Translations under genes and position numbers: made by a program | The notes under the pieces: generated by a model | Told to the model about the DNA's origin: nothing | The model's input: only the letters and a program-made list of their open reading frames with translations | Database searches by the model: none | Origin: Pelagibacterales bacterium SAG-MED15 | GTDB taxonomy: Bacteria; Pseudomonadota; Alphaproteobacteria; Pelagibacterales; Pelagibacteraceae | Direction: 5' to 3' | NCBI GenBank assembly: GCA_014654065.1 | Contig: JACWDM010000004.1 | Span: 31,080 to 95,079 of the forward strand | DNA: 64,000 nt | Shown here: positions 20,117-29,223 of the stretch, piece after piece | Layout: each line of letters begins with the position of its first letter | Position numbering within the stretch: the stretch's first letter is position 1

Positions 20117-21003
20117 TACTTGTGTTTAACAAGTTTTAATTTTTCTCTTGTTTCTGAAGGGGTCATAGTAGAATAACCCAATTCGTTTACTATTCTTATA
20201 GCTTTTTCTACTAGCTGAGCATTGGTTGCTAGCTTACCTTTTGATAGATATAAATTGTCTTCAAGCCCTACTCTTGGATTACCTCCCATTAAAACTGTTT
20301 GAGCAACAAATGGCATTTCATTTTTTGAAATTGCAAATCCAGACCAAACACCCTCCTTTGGCATTATGTCTTTCATTGCTTGCATTGCTAAAGTGGTAGC
20401 AGGCGCACCCCATGGAATTCCAAGGCACATTTGAAACATTGGAGGATCACTTAACAATCCTTCTTTATATAATTGCGCACCAAACCACATATTGCCTAAA
20501 TCAAAAGCTTCAATTTCTGGTTTGACTTTAATTTCCATTAGTTTTTTTGCAGCTTTTCTCAAATCATTGGGAGTATTAACTGTAATGACTGAACTATCTC
20601 CAAAGTTTAAAGTTCCTGCATCTAAAGTACAAATCTCAGGAAGAAATTGTTCAACGCTTGATATTCTTTCCATCACATTTGCCATATCTGTCATTGGTCC
20701 AAATTCTAGAGGATTGTTACCTTGACCAATATCAAGATCTCCACCCATGCCAGTTGTTAAATTTAAAATTACATCAGTCCCACTAGATCTAATTCTATCG
20801 ACTACCTCTTTATATAATTCTGGTCTTCTACTTGGAGTTCCATCTTTCTCTCTTACATGAATGTGCGCAATTGCAGCGCCAGCTTTTGCAGCCTCGATAG
20901 AGGCTTTTGCTATTTGTTCTGGAGTTTTAGGTAAATCTGGATGTTTACTAGCTGTATCACCAGAACCAGTCACTGCACAAGTTACAAAAACTTTATTGTC
21001 CAT
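20116..21003 (-). CDS. cdhC: Beta-keto acid cleavage enzyme (3-dehydrocarnitine cleavage, DUF849)
   Basis: TCAVTG, AGAAIAHIHVR, NLTTGMGG and RVGLEDN motifs; translationally coupled to carnitine dehydrogenase. Confidence 0.85.
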   Translation of the reverse strand: MDNKVFVTCAVTGSGDTASKHPDLPKTPEQIAKASIEAAKAGAAIAHIHVREKDGTPSRRPELYKEVVDRIRSSGTDVILNLTTGMGGDLDIGQGNNPLEFGPMTDMANVMERISSVEQFLPEICTLDAGTLNFGDSSVITVNTPNDLRKAAKKLMEIKVKPEIEAFDLGNMWFGAQLYKEGLLSDPPMFQMCLGIPWGAPATTLAMQAMKDIMPKEGVWSGFAISKNEMPFVAQTVLMGGNPRVGLEDNLYLSKGKLATNAQLVEKAIRIVNELGYSTMTPSETREKLKLVKHK

Positions 21004-21038
21004 ATTATTATAATCTAATATAATTCATTATTATTTAA

Positions 21039-21767
21039 ATGAAAATAACTGAATTACAAAAAGATTTAGCAGCTACATTCAGGTGGACTGCAAGATTAAA
21101 TATGAATGAAGGGGTTGCAAACCATTTTAGTGCGTGTGTGCCTGGTTCTTCTGGTGAATTTTACGTCAACAAGGCTGGTATTCATTTTAGTCAAATTAAA
21201 GCTAGCGATTTAATTTTAGTAACAAATGATAATATTGAAGATCTAAAAACTAAACCAGATGTTGTGGATGCTACAGCTATAAGTATTCATGGCACAATTC
21301 ATCAAAAAGTACCTCATGCAAAATGTATATTTCACGTACACTCAAAATATGCAACAGCCCTATCAACTCTAAAAGATCCTACCCTTCCTCCAATAGATCA
21401 AAATACAATGAGATTTTATAATAGGGTCTCTTTATACGATGAGTATGGTGGTATGGGTTTTGAAGAAGAGTCATTGAAGATGGCAGCAGCTTTAGGGAAT
21501 AAACAAAATTTATTAATGGCAAACCACGGAATTTTAACTACTGGTGAAACTATTTCAGATGGATTTGATGCCTTATATTATTTTGAAAGATCTGCTGAGA
21601 CTTATTTAACAGCTTTAGCAACTGGTAAGGAATTAAATATAGCGTCCCACGAGGTAGCAGAAAAAACTGCTCAAGAATGGTCTGATTATCCATCAGATAA
21701 TGGAAGAGCTCATTTAGATCAAATAAGATTGATTTTAGATAAAGAAGAACCCGATTATAAAAATTGA
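21039..21767 (+). CDS. Class II aldolase/adducin-head family protein (NovR/CloR-like subgroup)
   Basis: LAATFR...EGVANHFS, IH, HVHS and NHG metal ligands. Confidence 0.88.
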   Translation: MKITELQKDLAATFRWTARLNMNEGVANHFSACVPGSSGEFYVNKAGIHFSQIKASDLILVTNDNIEDLKTKPDVVDATAISIHGTIHQKVPHAKCIFHVHSKYATALSTLKDPTLPPIDQNTMRFYNRVSLYDEYGGMGFEEESLKMAAALGNKQNLLMANHGILTTGETISDGFDALYYFERSAETYLTALATGKELNIASHEVAEKTAQEWSDYPSDNGRAHLDQIRLILDKEEPDYKN

Positions 21768-21768
21768 A

Positions 21769-22599
21769 ATGATTAAAACTAATTTACTATCAGGCGCATT
21801 AGGTGCAGAAATCACAGGTATAGACCTAAAAGATTCAACGACCGAAAATTGGAATAAAATTAATAATTTATTATTAGAACATAAAGCACTTTTTTTTAGA
21901 GACCAAGATATATCATCCGAAGAACAAATTAATTTAGCTAAACATTTTGGACCTCTAGAAAAACATATTTATGTAAAGGGAAGAGAAGAATATCCAGAAA
22001 TTTTGAGAATAATTAAAGAACCAGATGAAAAACATCAGTGGGGTGAAACTTGGCACACTGATGTTAGTTATAATCCAAAACCAACAAAGGTAATTATTTT
22101 AAGATCTTTAAAAATACCACCCGTAGGAGGCGATACAATGTTTTCTAATATGGAGATAGCTTATGAAACATTAGAAGACAAAATAAAAGATAAAATAAAA
22201 GATAAAAAAGCAGTTCATAGCTCTTTAGGTGCCGCTGCTTTTGTTGATGCCTACAATGCTATGGAGGGTAATGGTAACCTAAATGAATATTCAAATATAC
22301 ATCCTGTAGTTCGAACTCATCCTGAAACTGGAAAAAAAATATTATATGTAAATTCAATGTATACAAAAAGAATTTTAGATATGGAAGAGAATGAAAGTGA
22401 TGAAATTTTGGATAAAATTTTTAGACACCAAGAGAGATTGGATTTTACATGTAGATTTAAATGGACTGAAAATGCTGTAGCAATTTGGGACAACAGAAGT
22501 ACATTACATCAAGGACTAACGGACTTTTTTCCAGGTAGAGGCTTAGGACACGAAAGAGTGATGGACAGAATTGCTATAGAGGGTGATCACCCACAATAA
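21769..22599 (+). CDS. TauD/TfdA family Fe(II)/2OG dioxygenase
   Basis: LGAEITGIDL, WHTD, GGDTMF, HPVVRTHPETG and WDNRSTLH motifs. Confidence 0.92.
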   Translation: MIKTNLLSGALGAEITGIDLKDSTTENWNKINNLLLEHKALFFRDQDISSEEQINLAKHFGPLEKHIYVKGREEYPEILRIIKEPDEKHQWGETWHTDVSYNPKPTKVIILRSLKIPPVGGDTMFSNMEIAYETLEDKIKDKIKDKKAVHSSLGAAAFVDAYNAMEGNGNLNEYSNIHPVVRTHPETGKKILYVNSMYTKRILDMEENESDEILDKIFRHQERLDFTCRFKWTENAVAIWDNRSTLHQGLTDFFPGRGLGHERVMDRIAIEGDHPQ

Positions 22600-24193
22600 G
22601 AGTATTACTTTGAAATTTGATTATTTAATTATTGGAGCAGGAACAGCTGGATGTGTTTTGGCTAACAGATTGTCAGAAAAAATTCAAAATAATGTTGCTA
22701 TTTTCGAAGCTGGCAAAAAAAGTGACATTTGGAAAGTAAACATGCCACTTGCTATTCTTTATGCAATGCATGATCCAAAATATAATTATAAGTATTATTC
22801 TGAACCTGAGCCATATTTAAATAATAGAAGATTATTTTGCCCAAGAGGTAAGATGATTGGAGGATGTTCTGCTCACAATGGTATGGTTTATGTAAGAGGT
22901 AATAAAAATGATTATGACAGGTGGGCATCATTTGGTCTTAAAGACTGGAGTTATGAAAAAGTTTTACCTTTTTTTAAAAAAATAGAAACATGGTCTGGTG
23001 GGGAAAATAAATATAGAGGTGGAGATGGCATACTTCCAATTAATCAATCAAAAAATAAAAATCCATTATTTAAAGCATTTCTGAATTCTGCAAAAGAAGC
23101 AGGATATAAAATTAATAACGATATGAATGGCGAAAACCAAGAGGGATTTGGTATGTATGATGTTACCATTCATGAGGGTGAAAGAGCAAGTGCATCAAAA
23201 TATTATTTAAATTCAGTAAAAAATAGAAAAAATTTAAATATATTTACTGAGTCTTTTGTTGAAAAAATAATTTTTGATGGAAGGAAAGCAATTGGAATTG
23301 AAGTTAAGATAAAAAACAAAGTTAAAAAAATTTATGCTAATAAAGAAGTTATTCTTAGTGGAGGATCGATAAATTCACCACAATTGTTAATGGTATCAGG
23401 TGTAGGTCCAGGTACACATTTAAAAGATAAAGGAATTGAAACTATTCATAATATAGATGGAGTTGGTAAAAATCTTCAAGATCATCTTGAAACATACATA
23501 CAACAAGAATGCAAAACTCCAGATACTCTATACACCTATGTAAATAAATTTAATATGATTAAAGCAGGTATACAATGGTTTGTGAATAAAAGTGGTCCCT
23601 GTTCTACTTCATTCTTAGAGGCTGGTGGTTTTTGTAAATCTTCTTCAGATAAAGAATATCCAAATATACAATTTCATTTTTTTCCTGCTTTTGTAATAGA
23701 TCATGGAAAAGTTGATCCAGATAGACATGGATATCAGCTGCATGCAAGTTTGAATCAACCAAAAAGTAGAGGTCATATAACTTTAAATAGCTCTAACCCA
23801 TATGATTATCCCAAAATACAATTTAATTATTTAGAGAACGAATACGATCTTAATGAGACAGTAAAATGTATTCACGTTGCTAGAAAAATATTAAGTCAAA
23901 ACTCAATGAAGCCTTATGCGGGAAAAGAAATCGGACCTGGAGAAAATGCTAATGATAATAAACAAATAGAGAGTTATATAAGATCAAAAGCAGAAACAGC
24001 TTACCATCCATCATGCACATTAAAAATGGGTACTGACAATACAGCTGTTGTTGACGAAAAATTAAAAGTTCACGGTTTACAAAATATTAGAGTCGCTGAT
24101 GCTTCTGTTATGCCAGAGATCACAAGTGGTAATTTAAATGCTCCAACTTTAATGATAGCTGAGCGTGCAGCAGATTTTATTATTAATTCTTGA
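22583..24193 (+). CDS. betA: Choline dehydrogenase-like GMC oxidoreductase
   Basis: GAGTAGCVLANRLS, PRGKMIGG.S..NGMVYVRG, VGKNLQDHLE, YHPSCT and GNLNAPT motifs. Confidence 0.82.
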   Translation: MITHNKSITLKFDYLIIGAGTAGCVLANRLSEKIQNNVAIFEAGKKSDIWKVNMPLAILYAMHDPKYNYKYYSEPEPYLNNRRLFCPRGKMIGGCSAHNGMVYVRGNKNDYDRWASFGLKDWSYEKVLPFFKKIETWSGGENKYRGGDGILPINQSKNKNPLFKAFLNSAKEAGYKINNDMNGENQEGFGMYDVTIHEGERASASKYYLNSVKNRKNLNIFTESFVEKIIFDGRKAIGIEVKIKNKVKKIYANKEVILSGGSINSPQLLMVSGVGPGTHLKDKGIETIHNIDGVGKNLQDHLETYIQQECKTPDTLYTYVNKFNMIKAGIQWFVNKSGPCSTSFLEAGGFCKSSSDKEYPNIQFHFFPAFVIDHGKVDPDRHGYQLHASLNQPKSRGHITLNSSNPYDYPKIQFNYLENEYDLNETVKCIHVARKILSQNSMKPYAGKEIGPGENANDNKQIESYIRSKAETAYHPSCTLKMGTDNTAVVDEKLKVHGLQNIRVADASVMPEITSGNLNAPTLMIAERAADFIINS

Positions 24194-24212
24194 TTGTTAA
24201 ATTTAGTTTAGA

Positions 24213-24746
24213 CTAAGAATTATTTTCAGTATCTTCAGCAACCTGATCTTTTGGTTGCTCTTCAGCCTCCGTTACTTGATCTAAAGATATATCTTCATTT
24301 TCTGTAGTTTCACTTTGCTCTGTCTCTACATTCACTTCTGGTTGAGCTCCACCAGATATTTCAGCCAAATCATCTTTTGAAACCTGAATTTTTTCTGGAA
24401 TTTTTCTTGCTCTTTTTGACGGAAGTATTGGAGCGCCACTTTTTGAAATTTCACCTTTATACAAATTTTCAAAATCATCACCTACATCCTCGTCTTCTAA
24501 AGAGGTATCATCGACTTGCTCTACATGCTTTCTCAGTTTATAGACTGCGCTATCTTTTAAATCTGAAACTTTAATATTTTCGTTAGCAATTTCTCTAAGC
24601 GAAATTACTGTATTTTTGTCATCATCTATACTTACTGATGGTTCTACGCCTGAATTTAGTTGTGTAGTTCTTTCTTTTGCAACTAGAACTAATTCGTAGG
24701 GGCTTTCAACTTTATCAATACAATCTTCAACTGTTACTCTTGCCAT
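24213..24746 (-). CDS. rpoZ: RNA polymerase omega subunit with acidic C-terminal tail
   Basis: MARVTVEDC...ELVLVA..R and DK.TVISLREIA motifs. Confidence 0.96.
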   Translation of the reverse strand: MARVTVEDCIDKVESPYELVLVAKERTTQLNSGVEPSVSIDDDKNTVISLREIANENIKVSDLKDSAVYKLRKHVEQVDDTSLEDEDVGDDFENLYKGEISKSGAPILPSKRARKIPEKIQVSKDDLAEISGGAQPEVNVETEQSETTENEDISLDQVTEAEEQPKDQVAEDTENNS

Positions 24747-24787
24747 GCGAGGTATTTATACTCATGAATAAAATAAATCAAGGTATT

Positions 24788-25999
24788 TTATTTTCTTATT
24801 TTAACCGGATTTAACTTAGTTCTTACTAAAAATAGCATTATCAATGCTGTAAATATATAAACACCAGATATCATTGCAATTTGTTCTATGGAGAAACCTT
24901 TATCTATCAAAATACCAAACAATGCTGTTCCAAAAGCTGTTGCAAAAACCATAAGAGCTGTAGTTAATGCTTTAATAGACCCTATATGTTTTACCCCATA
25001 AATTTCTGCCCAAGTAGAGGAACCCAATACGTTAGCTAAACCGTTTGATACACCAATTAGACCTAAAAATAAAAAAGATGTTAGTGGATGATTAAAGTAA
25101 ATAATTACAAATACTGATAATAATAATGGAATATTCATATATATTAAAATTTTTCTACTAGTAAATTTATCAATTAAAAAACCTGCTATAAAAAGAGTTA
25201 ACACAGAGAGAACCGAGTAAACCATAAAAGATTGAGCTATCACATATGGCCCCCATCCTTTTGAGGTTAAAATAAATGATTGATAAACAAAAGTTCCTGT
25301 TGCAATCCAAGGCATTGCTAACATATTTGCACATAATATATAAAATCTATAATCTTTTAAAACTTCTATTCTTTTCCAGTTTTTAATAATTATTTTTTTC
25401 GAATTTCTATTATCTTGTTCTCTAGACTCAAAATTCAAATTTTTTAATAAAATAAATGATACAATAGGTAATAATAAAATAATTAGTATAGAGATATATA
25501 TCCAAATATTTCTCCAATCATAAACTGTTAAAAGATAAATTATTAAAACTGGTAATATAAATTCAGCGGTTGATAATCCAAACCAACTTGTACTTAAAGC
25601 TTTACCTCTTGACTTTGTAAAGTATCTTGAAATTGTAGTGGTTGCAGTATGTGACATCATTCCCTGACCCGAAAATCTCATCAGAAAAATAGCGATAAAT
25701 AAAATTGTAATGGATGATATTTTGGAAAAGAAAAAACAAGATAATGATAGCAAAATAATTACCAAAAAAGCAAATTTAAAAATATTTATATCATCTATTT
25801 TTTTTCCAACCCAAATTAAAACAAAACTACTAAGAAGTGTTGCTGATGCATAAATTGTGCCAAATTGTCCATGTGAGATAGAAAGTGCTTCACGTATACT
25901 TGAGTTAAATAACCCAAGAAAATAACTCTGTCCAAAACTAGAAAAAAATGTAAAAATAAATCCAAATAAAATTACTTTTAAACTTAAACTTTTAAACAT
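24788..25999 (-). CDS. MFS transporter
   Basis: About 12 TM segments; FSSFGQSYF and RFSGQG motifs. Confidence 0.88.
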   Translation of the reverse strand: MFKSLSLKVILFGFIFTFFSSFGQSYFLGLFNSSIREALSISHGQFGTIYASATLLSSFVLIWVGKKIDDINIFKFAFLVIILLSLSCFFFSKISSITILFIAIFLMRFSGQGMMSHTATTTISRYFTKSRGKALSTSWFGLSTAEFILPVLIIYLLTVYDWRNIWIYISILIILLLPIVSFILLKNLNFESREQDNRNSKKIIIKNWKRIEVLKDYRFYILCANMLAMPWIATGTFVYQSFILTSKGWGPYVIAQSFMVYSVLSVLTLFIAGFLIDKFTSRKILIYMNIPLLLSVFVIIYFNHPLTSFLFLGLIGVSNGLANVLGSSTWAEIYGVKHIGSIKALTTALMVFATAFGTALFGILIDKGFSIEQIAMISGVYIFTALIMLFLVRTKLNPVKIRK

Positions 26000-26010
26000 A
26001 TAAAAAAATT

Positions 26011-26880
26011 ATGAGTTGTAATGTTGCTTTCATAGGTCTTGGTGTAATGGGTTATCCAATGGCAGGATATATATCAAAAGGTGGTCACAATGTAACTGTT
26101 TTTAATAGAACTAAATCAAAAGCAGAAAAGTGGGTAAATGAATATAAAGGTAAAATGGCAGAAACGCCTGCAGAAGCTGCTAAGGATGCTGAATATATTT
26201 TTACCTGCGTCGGTAATGATAATGATTTAAGAGAAGTAACCTTTGGCGAATCTGGGGCCTTTAAAACAATTAAAAAAGGATCTGTTTATATTGATAACAC
26301 GACAGCTTCAGCAACAATTGCAAGAGAGATATATGCACACGCTAAAAAGAATGGCTTTGGTGCATTGGATGCACCTGTCTCAGGTGGTCAAACTGGTGCA
26401 GAAAATGGTGCACTTACAGTTATGATTGGTGGTGATCAAGTAGATTTTGATAAAGCAAAAGATAAAATTGATTGTTACAGCAAAAAAATGAAATTACTTG
26501 GTGGTGCTGGAAATGGTCAGCTCGCAAAAATGGTTAATCAAATTTGTATTGCTGGTTTAGTCCAAGGTTTATCCGAAGCAATAAATTTTGGTATGAAAGC
26601 TGGTCTTAACATGGAAGATGTAATTGAGGTTATTTCTAAAGGTGCCGCACAATCTTGGCAAATGGAAAATAGATATAAAACAATGATTGATGATAAATTT
26701 GATTTTGGTTTTGCTGTTGATTGGATGAGAAAAGATCTTAAAATTGCAATGGATGAAGCGAAAAACAATGGCTCTTTATTACCTGTTACAGAACTAGTTG
26801 ATAGATATTATGGCGAAGTTCAGGAAATGGGTGGAAACCGATGGGACACATCCAGTTTAATTAAAAGGTTTAGAAAGTAA
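26011..26880 (+). CDS. Beta-hydroxyacid dehydrogenase (3-hydroxyisobutyrate/6PGD family)
   Basis: FIGLGVMGYPMA, DAPVSGG and KMVNQ motifs. Confidence 0.92.
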   Translation: MSCNVAFIGLGVMGYPMAGYISKGGHNVTVFNRTKSKAEKWVNEYKGKMAETPAEAAKDAEYIFTCVGNDNDLREVTFGESGAFKTIKKGSVYIDNTTASATIAREIYAHAKKNGFGALDAPVSGGQTGAENGALTVMIGGDQVDFDKAKDKIDCYSKKMKLLGGAGNGQLAKMVNQICIAGLVQGLSEAINFGMKAGLNMEDVIEVISKGAAQSWQMENRYKTMIDDKFDFGFAVDWMRKDLKIAMDEAKNNGSLLPVTELVDRYYGEVQEMGGNRWDTSSLIKRFRK

Positions 26881-26886
26881 TAGAGT

Positions 26887-27486
26887 ATGCAGCCAGCATA
26901 CTATGAAAATTTAGAAGAAATTCAAAATAAGTTTTGGTCTATGCTAGAGGACGCTGTGACTAATAGAGGTTCTCCTTTCAGAATTCCTGTTTTTATTTGT
27001 GCTCATCAAGATGAGGTTGATGGCAGAATTGTTGTTTTGCGTAAGTCAGACAGATCAAGTAATCTATTACAATTTCACACTGATTTAAGGTCTCCAAAAG
27101 TAGATATTCTTAAAAAAAATAAAAATGCCTCTTTAGTTTTTTACGATAAAGAAGAAAAGATACAATTAAGAGTGAAAGTAAAATGTGAAGTTAACAATCA
27201 AAATTCTATAACGGAGGAGTCTTGGAAGAAAACACAACATATAAGTAGACGTTGTTACTTAACTGACAGCCCTCCTGGAACTACCTCAGAAAATCCAACT
27301 TCTGGAATGATATCTAAATTAGAAGATTTTGATTACACAATGGAACAAAGTGAAGAAGGTTATAGAAATTTTACTGTAATTAAATGTAAAATTAAAACTA
27401 TTGAATGGCTATATCTTGCAGCTAAAGGACATCGAAGGGCAAAGTTTGATCTAGAAACCAATAAAAATTCTTGGTTAGTTCCCTAA
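26887..27486 (+). CDS. Pyridoxamine 5'-phosphate oxidase-like FMN-binding protein
   Basis: RIVVLR, FHTD.RS.K, QLR and GHRRAKF...WLVP motifs. Confidence 0.85.
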   Translation: MQPAYYENLEEIQNKFWSMLEDAVTNRGSPFRIPVFICAHQDEVDGRIVVLRKSDRSSNLLQFHTDLRSPKVDILKKNKNASLVFYDKEEKIQLRVKVKCEVNNQNSITEESWKKTQHISRRCYLTDSPPGTTSENPTSGMISKLEDFDYTMEQSEEGYRNFTVIKCKIKTIEWLYLAAKGHRRAKFDLETNKNSWLVP

Positions 27487-27489
27487 TTT

Positions 27490-28299
27490 TTAGAATCGCA
27501 ATAAAACAATTTTTTTTATTAAATTAACTAAGAATAAAAATAAGGTATAAGTTTTAAATAAAATTTTATATTTCAAAAAGTATCTTAAATTATTTCCTGA
27601 TCTGTTTGTTTTTTCTTTAAATTTCATATCCTCATATGAATGATTGATAACCTCTTTGCTTACTCTATCATTGACACCTTTTTTCAAAAAAACAATGTTA
27701 TGATGAAACGAAATATTTAATATTTGTGAGTCGTATTTTTTTTTAATATAAAATGGGTTTGCTATTTCTTGATAATTTATACTATCCGTTAAATGCTTAA
27801 AAAAATTCATATGTGAATTTGAATATTTCAGGTCAAAGGGATTTCCTCCAAAAAAATGGTTATAACTAGTTTGAATATCCTCAACAATATATAAACCTTT
27901 ATTTTTTAGTGCGGGGAATAGTAGTTGAAAACTTTTTTTAACATCTTTTGATAAATGGCTTCCATCATCAATAATTATATCAAATTCCTTATATTTACTG
28001 ATTATCTCACTAATAAATTTTTCATCACTTTGTGATCCTTGATGAATGTCAATGTTACTTCTATTTAAGTTTTTTTCATCTAAATTTATCTTGTGTATAT
28101 CAATTCCAACTATTTTTGAATTTTTGAAATAATCTGACCAAGTTAATAATGATTTGCCATCAGCAATACCTAATTCAAGAATTATTAAATTATCCTCTTT
28201 TAATTTATGAAAATAACTTTCGTAAATTTCAATGTAACCATGTTCTATTTTGTCGGATTTGTAAGTCTCAGCAATTTTTTTTAAATTATGATTTTCCAT
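27490..28299 (-). CDS. Class I SAM-dependent methyltransferase (sugar O-methyltransferase-like)
   Basis: SDK..HGY...Y, LELGI, IIIDDGSH and GLYIVED motifs. Confidence 0.82.
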   Translation of the reverse strand: MENHNLKKIAETYKSDKIEHGYIEIYESYFHKLKEDNLIILELGIADGKSLLTWSDYFKNSKIVGIDIHKINLDEKNLNRSNIDIHQGSQSDEKFISEIISKYKEFDIIIDDGSHLSKDVKKSFQLLFPALKNKGLYIVEDIQTSYNHFFGGNPFDLKYSNSHMNFFKHLTDSINYQEIANPFYIKKKYDSQILNISFHHNIVFLKKGVNDRVSKEVINHSYEDMKFKEKTNRSGNNLRYFLKYKILFKTYTLFLFLVNLIKKIVLLRF

Positions 28300-28309
28300 G
28301 ATTAATTCT

Positions 28310-28750
28310 TTATTTCTCTAATGCAGAAAGTTTTTTTCTAAGTTTTGGTGATAAATTAGAAAACCATTCTTTTTCTTTGCCAGACTCAGGCAAAACTGCG
28401 CCATATTCTATCATCTGAGATGGTGGCAGATCATTGATGTAAACCCAAACCTGCGTTTCATCTAGATTTGAATTTTTAACTAATACATCTTTTAAATCAG
28501 AAATTAGCTTATCTTTTATTTCTTTGGCTCTACCAGACCTAATTTGACCTAGTAAAAATAAAGAAGGTTCTTTCACTATTTTTCCACCCATAAAATGATT
28601 ATTCTTTTTTGTTTTATTAAATATCACTTGAGCAAAGTAAGTATTTGCACCAGTTACAATATTATGAACTTTAGTGATTCCCTCAGCTATTTTTTTTTGT
28701 TGTTTGTATGAAATATAAAAATTTGAATTGGTTACTGTGTAAGTTGGCAT
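28310..28750 (-). CDS. cis-3-chloroacrylic acid dehalogenase-like tautomerase
   Basis: Pro1, His28, Arg70, Arg73, Tyr103 and Glu114 (numbered after Met removal). Confidence 0.85.
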   Translation of the reverse strand: MPTYTVTNSNFYISYKQQKKIAEGITKVHNIVTGANTYFAQVIFNKTKKNNHFMGGKIVKEPSLFLLGQIRSGRAKEIKDKLISDLKDVLVKNSNLDETQVWVYINDLPPSQMIEYGAVLPESGKEKEWFSNLSPKLRKKLSALEK

Positions 28751-28824
28751 AAATTTAAAATTAATTTAGAATATATGTTTTTAAGTCGCAGTGAAATTAA
28801 AATTTTATAAATTATATATAGCTC

Positions 28825-28947
28825 ATGGAGACATCAATTCTCATTATTTTAGTGGTTGTAGTTGCTGTTATACTTTTTAGACCTTTATCAAAAAAAGAAC
28901 TAGACAAGTATAACGATAAAGATAACTGGTCAAATATGGGATTTTAA
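28825..28947 (+). CDS. Putative 40-aa single-pass membrane microprotein (not in the ORF track)
   Basis: METSILIILVVVVAVILFRPLSKKELDKYNDKDNWSNMGF; fills the gap and ends 13 nt before the next ATG. Confidence 0.6.
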   Translation: METSILIILVVVVAVILFRPLSKKELDKYNDKDNWSNMGF

Positions 28948-28960
28948 CAAAGGAAACATT

Positions 28961-29167
28961 ATGAAAAAATTTATAATAACAACCATAATAATTCTATTTT
29001 CTGGATCAGCATTCGCAGGATCTTGTCCAATGATGGCAAAAAACATAGATGCTAAAATTGCAGAGGCTCAAGAACTTAGAGATATAGCTATGAATGCTCA
29101 CAAGAATGGTGACCATGCCAAATCAGAAGAATTGCTTAATAAAGCATTAGAATTGTTTAAAGGATAA
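28961..29167 (+). CDS. Small secreted helical protein of unknown function
   Basis: AAGGA RBS, signal peptide ending AFA, CP motif, H..GDH..S. Confidence 0.8.
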   Translation: MKKFIITTIIILFSGSAFAGSCPMMAKNIDAKIAEAQELRDIAMNAHKNGDHAKSEELLNKALELFKG

Positions 29168-29175
29168 ATTATTTG

Positions 29176-29212
29176 GAGCTTAGGGGTATCTGACAAAAGA
29201 ATACCCCTCTCC
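29176..29212. terminator. Hairpin between convergent genes
   Basis: AGGGGTAT...ATACCCCT stem, extendable by GGAG/CTCC. Confidence 0.6.
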
Positions 29213-29223
29213 TTTTATAAATA

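Noticed and set aside
3109..24193. Reading the CaiB, Fe-ADH, ALDH and GMC genes as dddD/dddB/dddC/dddA
   Set aside because: Only family-level resemblance: the CaiB is single-domain (DddD is a double-length fusion) and the ALDH does not look like a methylmalonate-semialdehyde dehydrogenase
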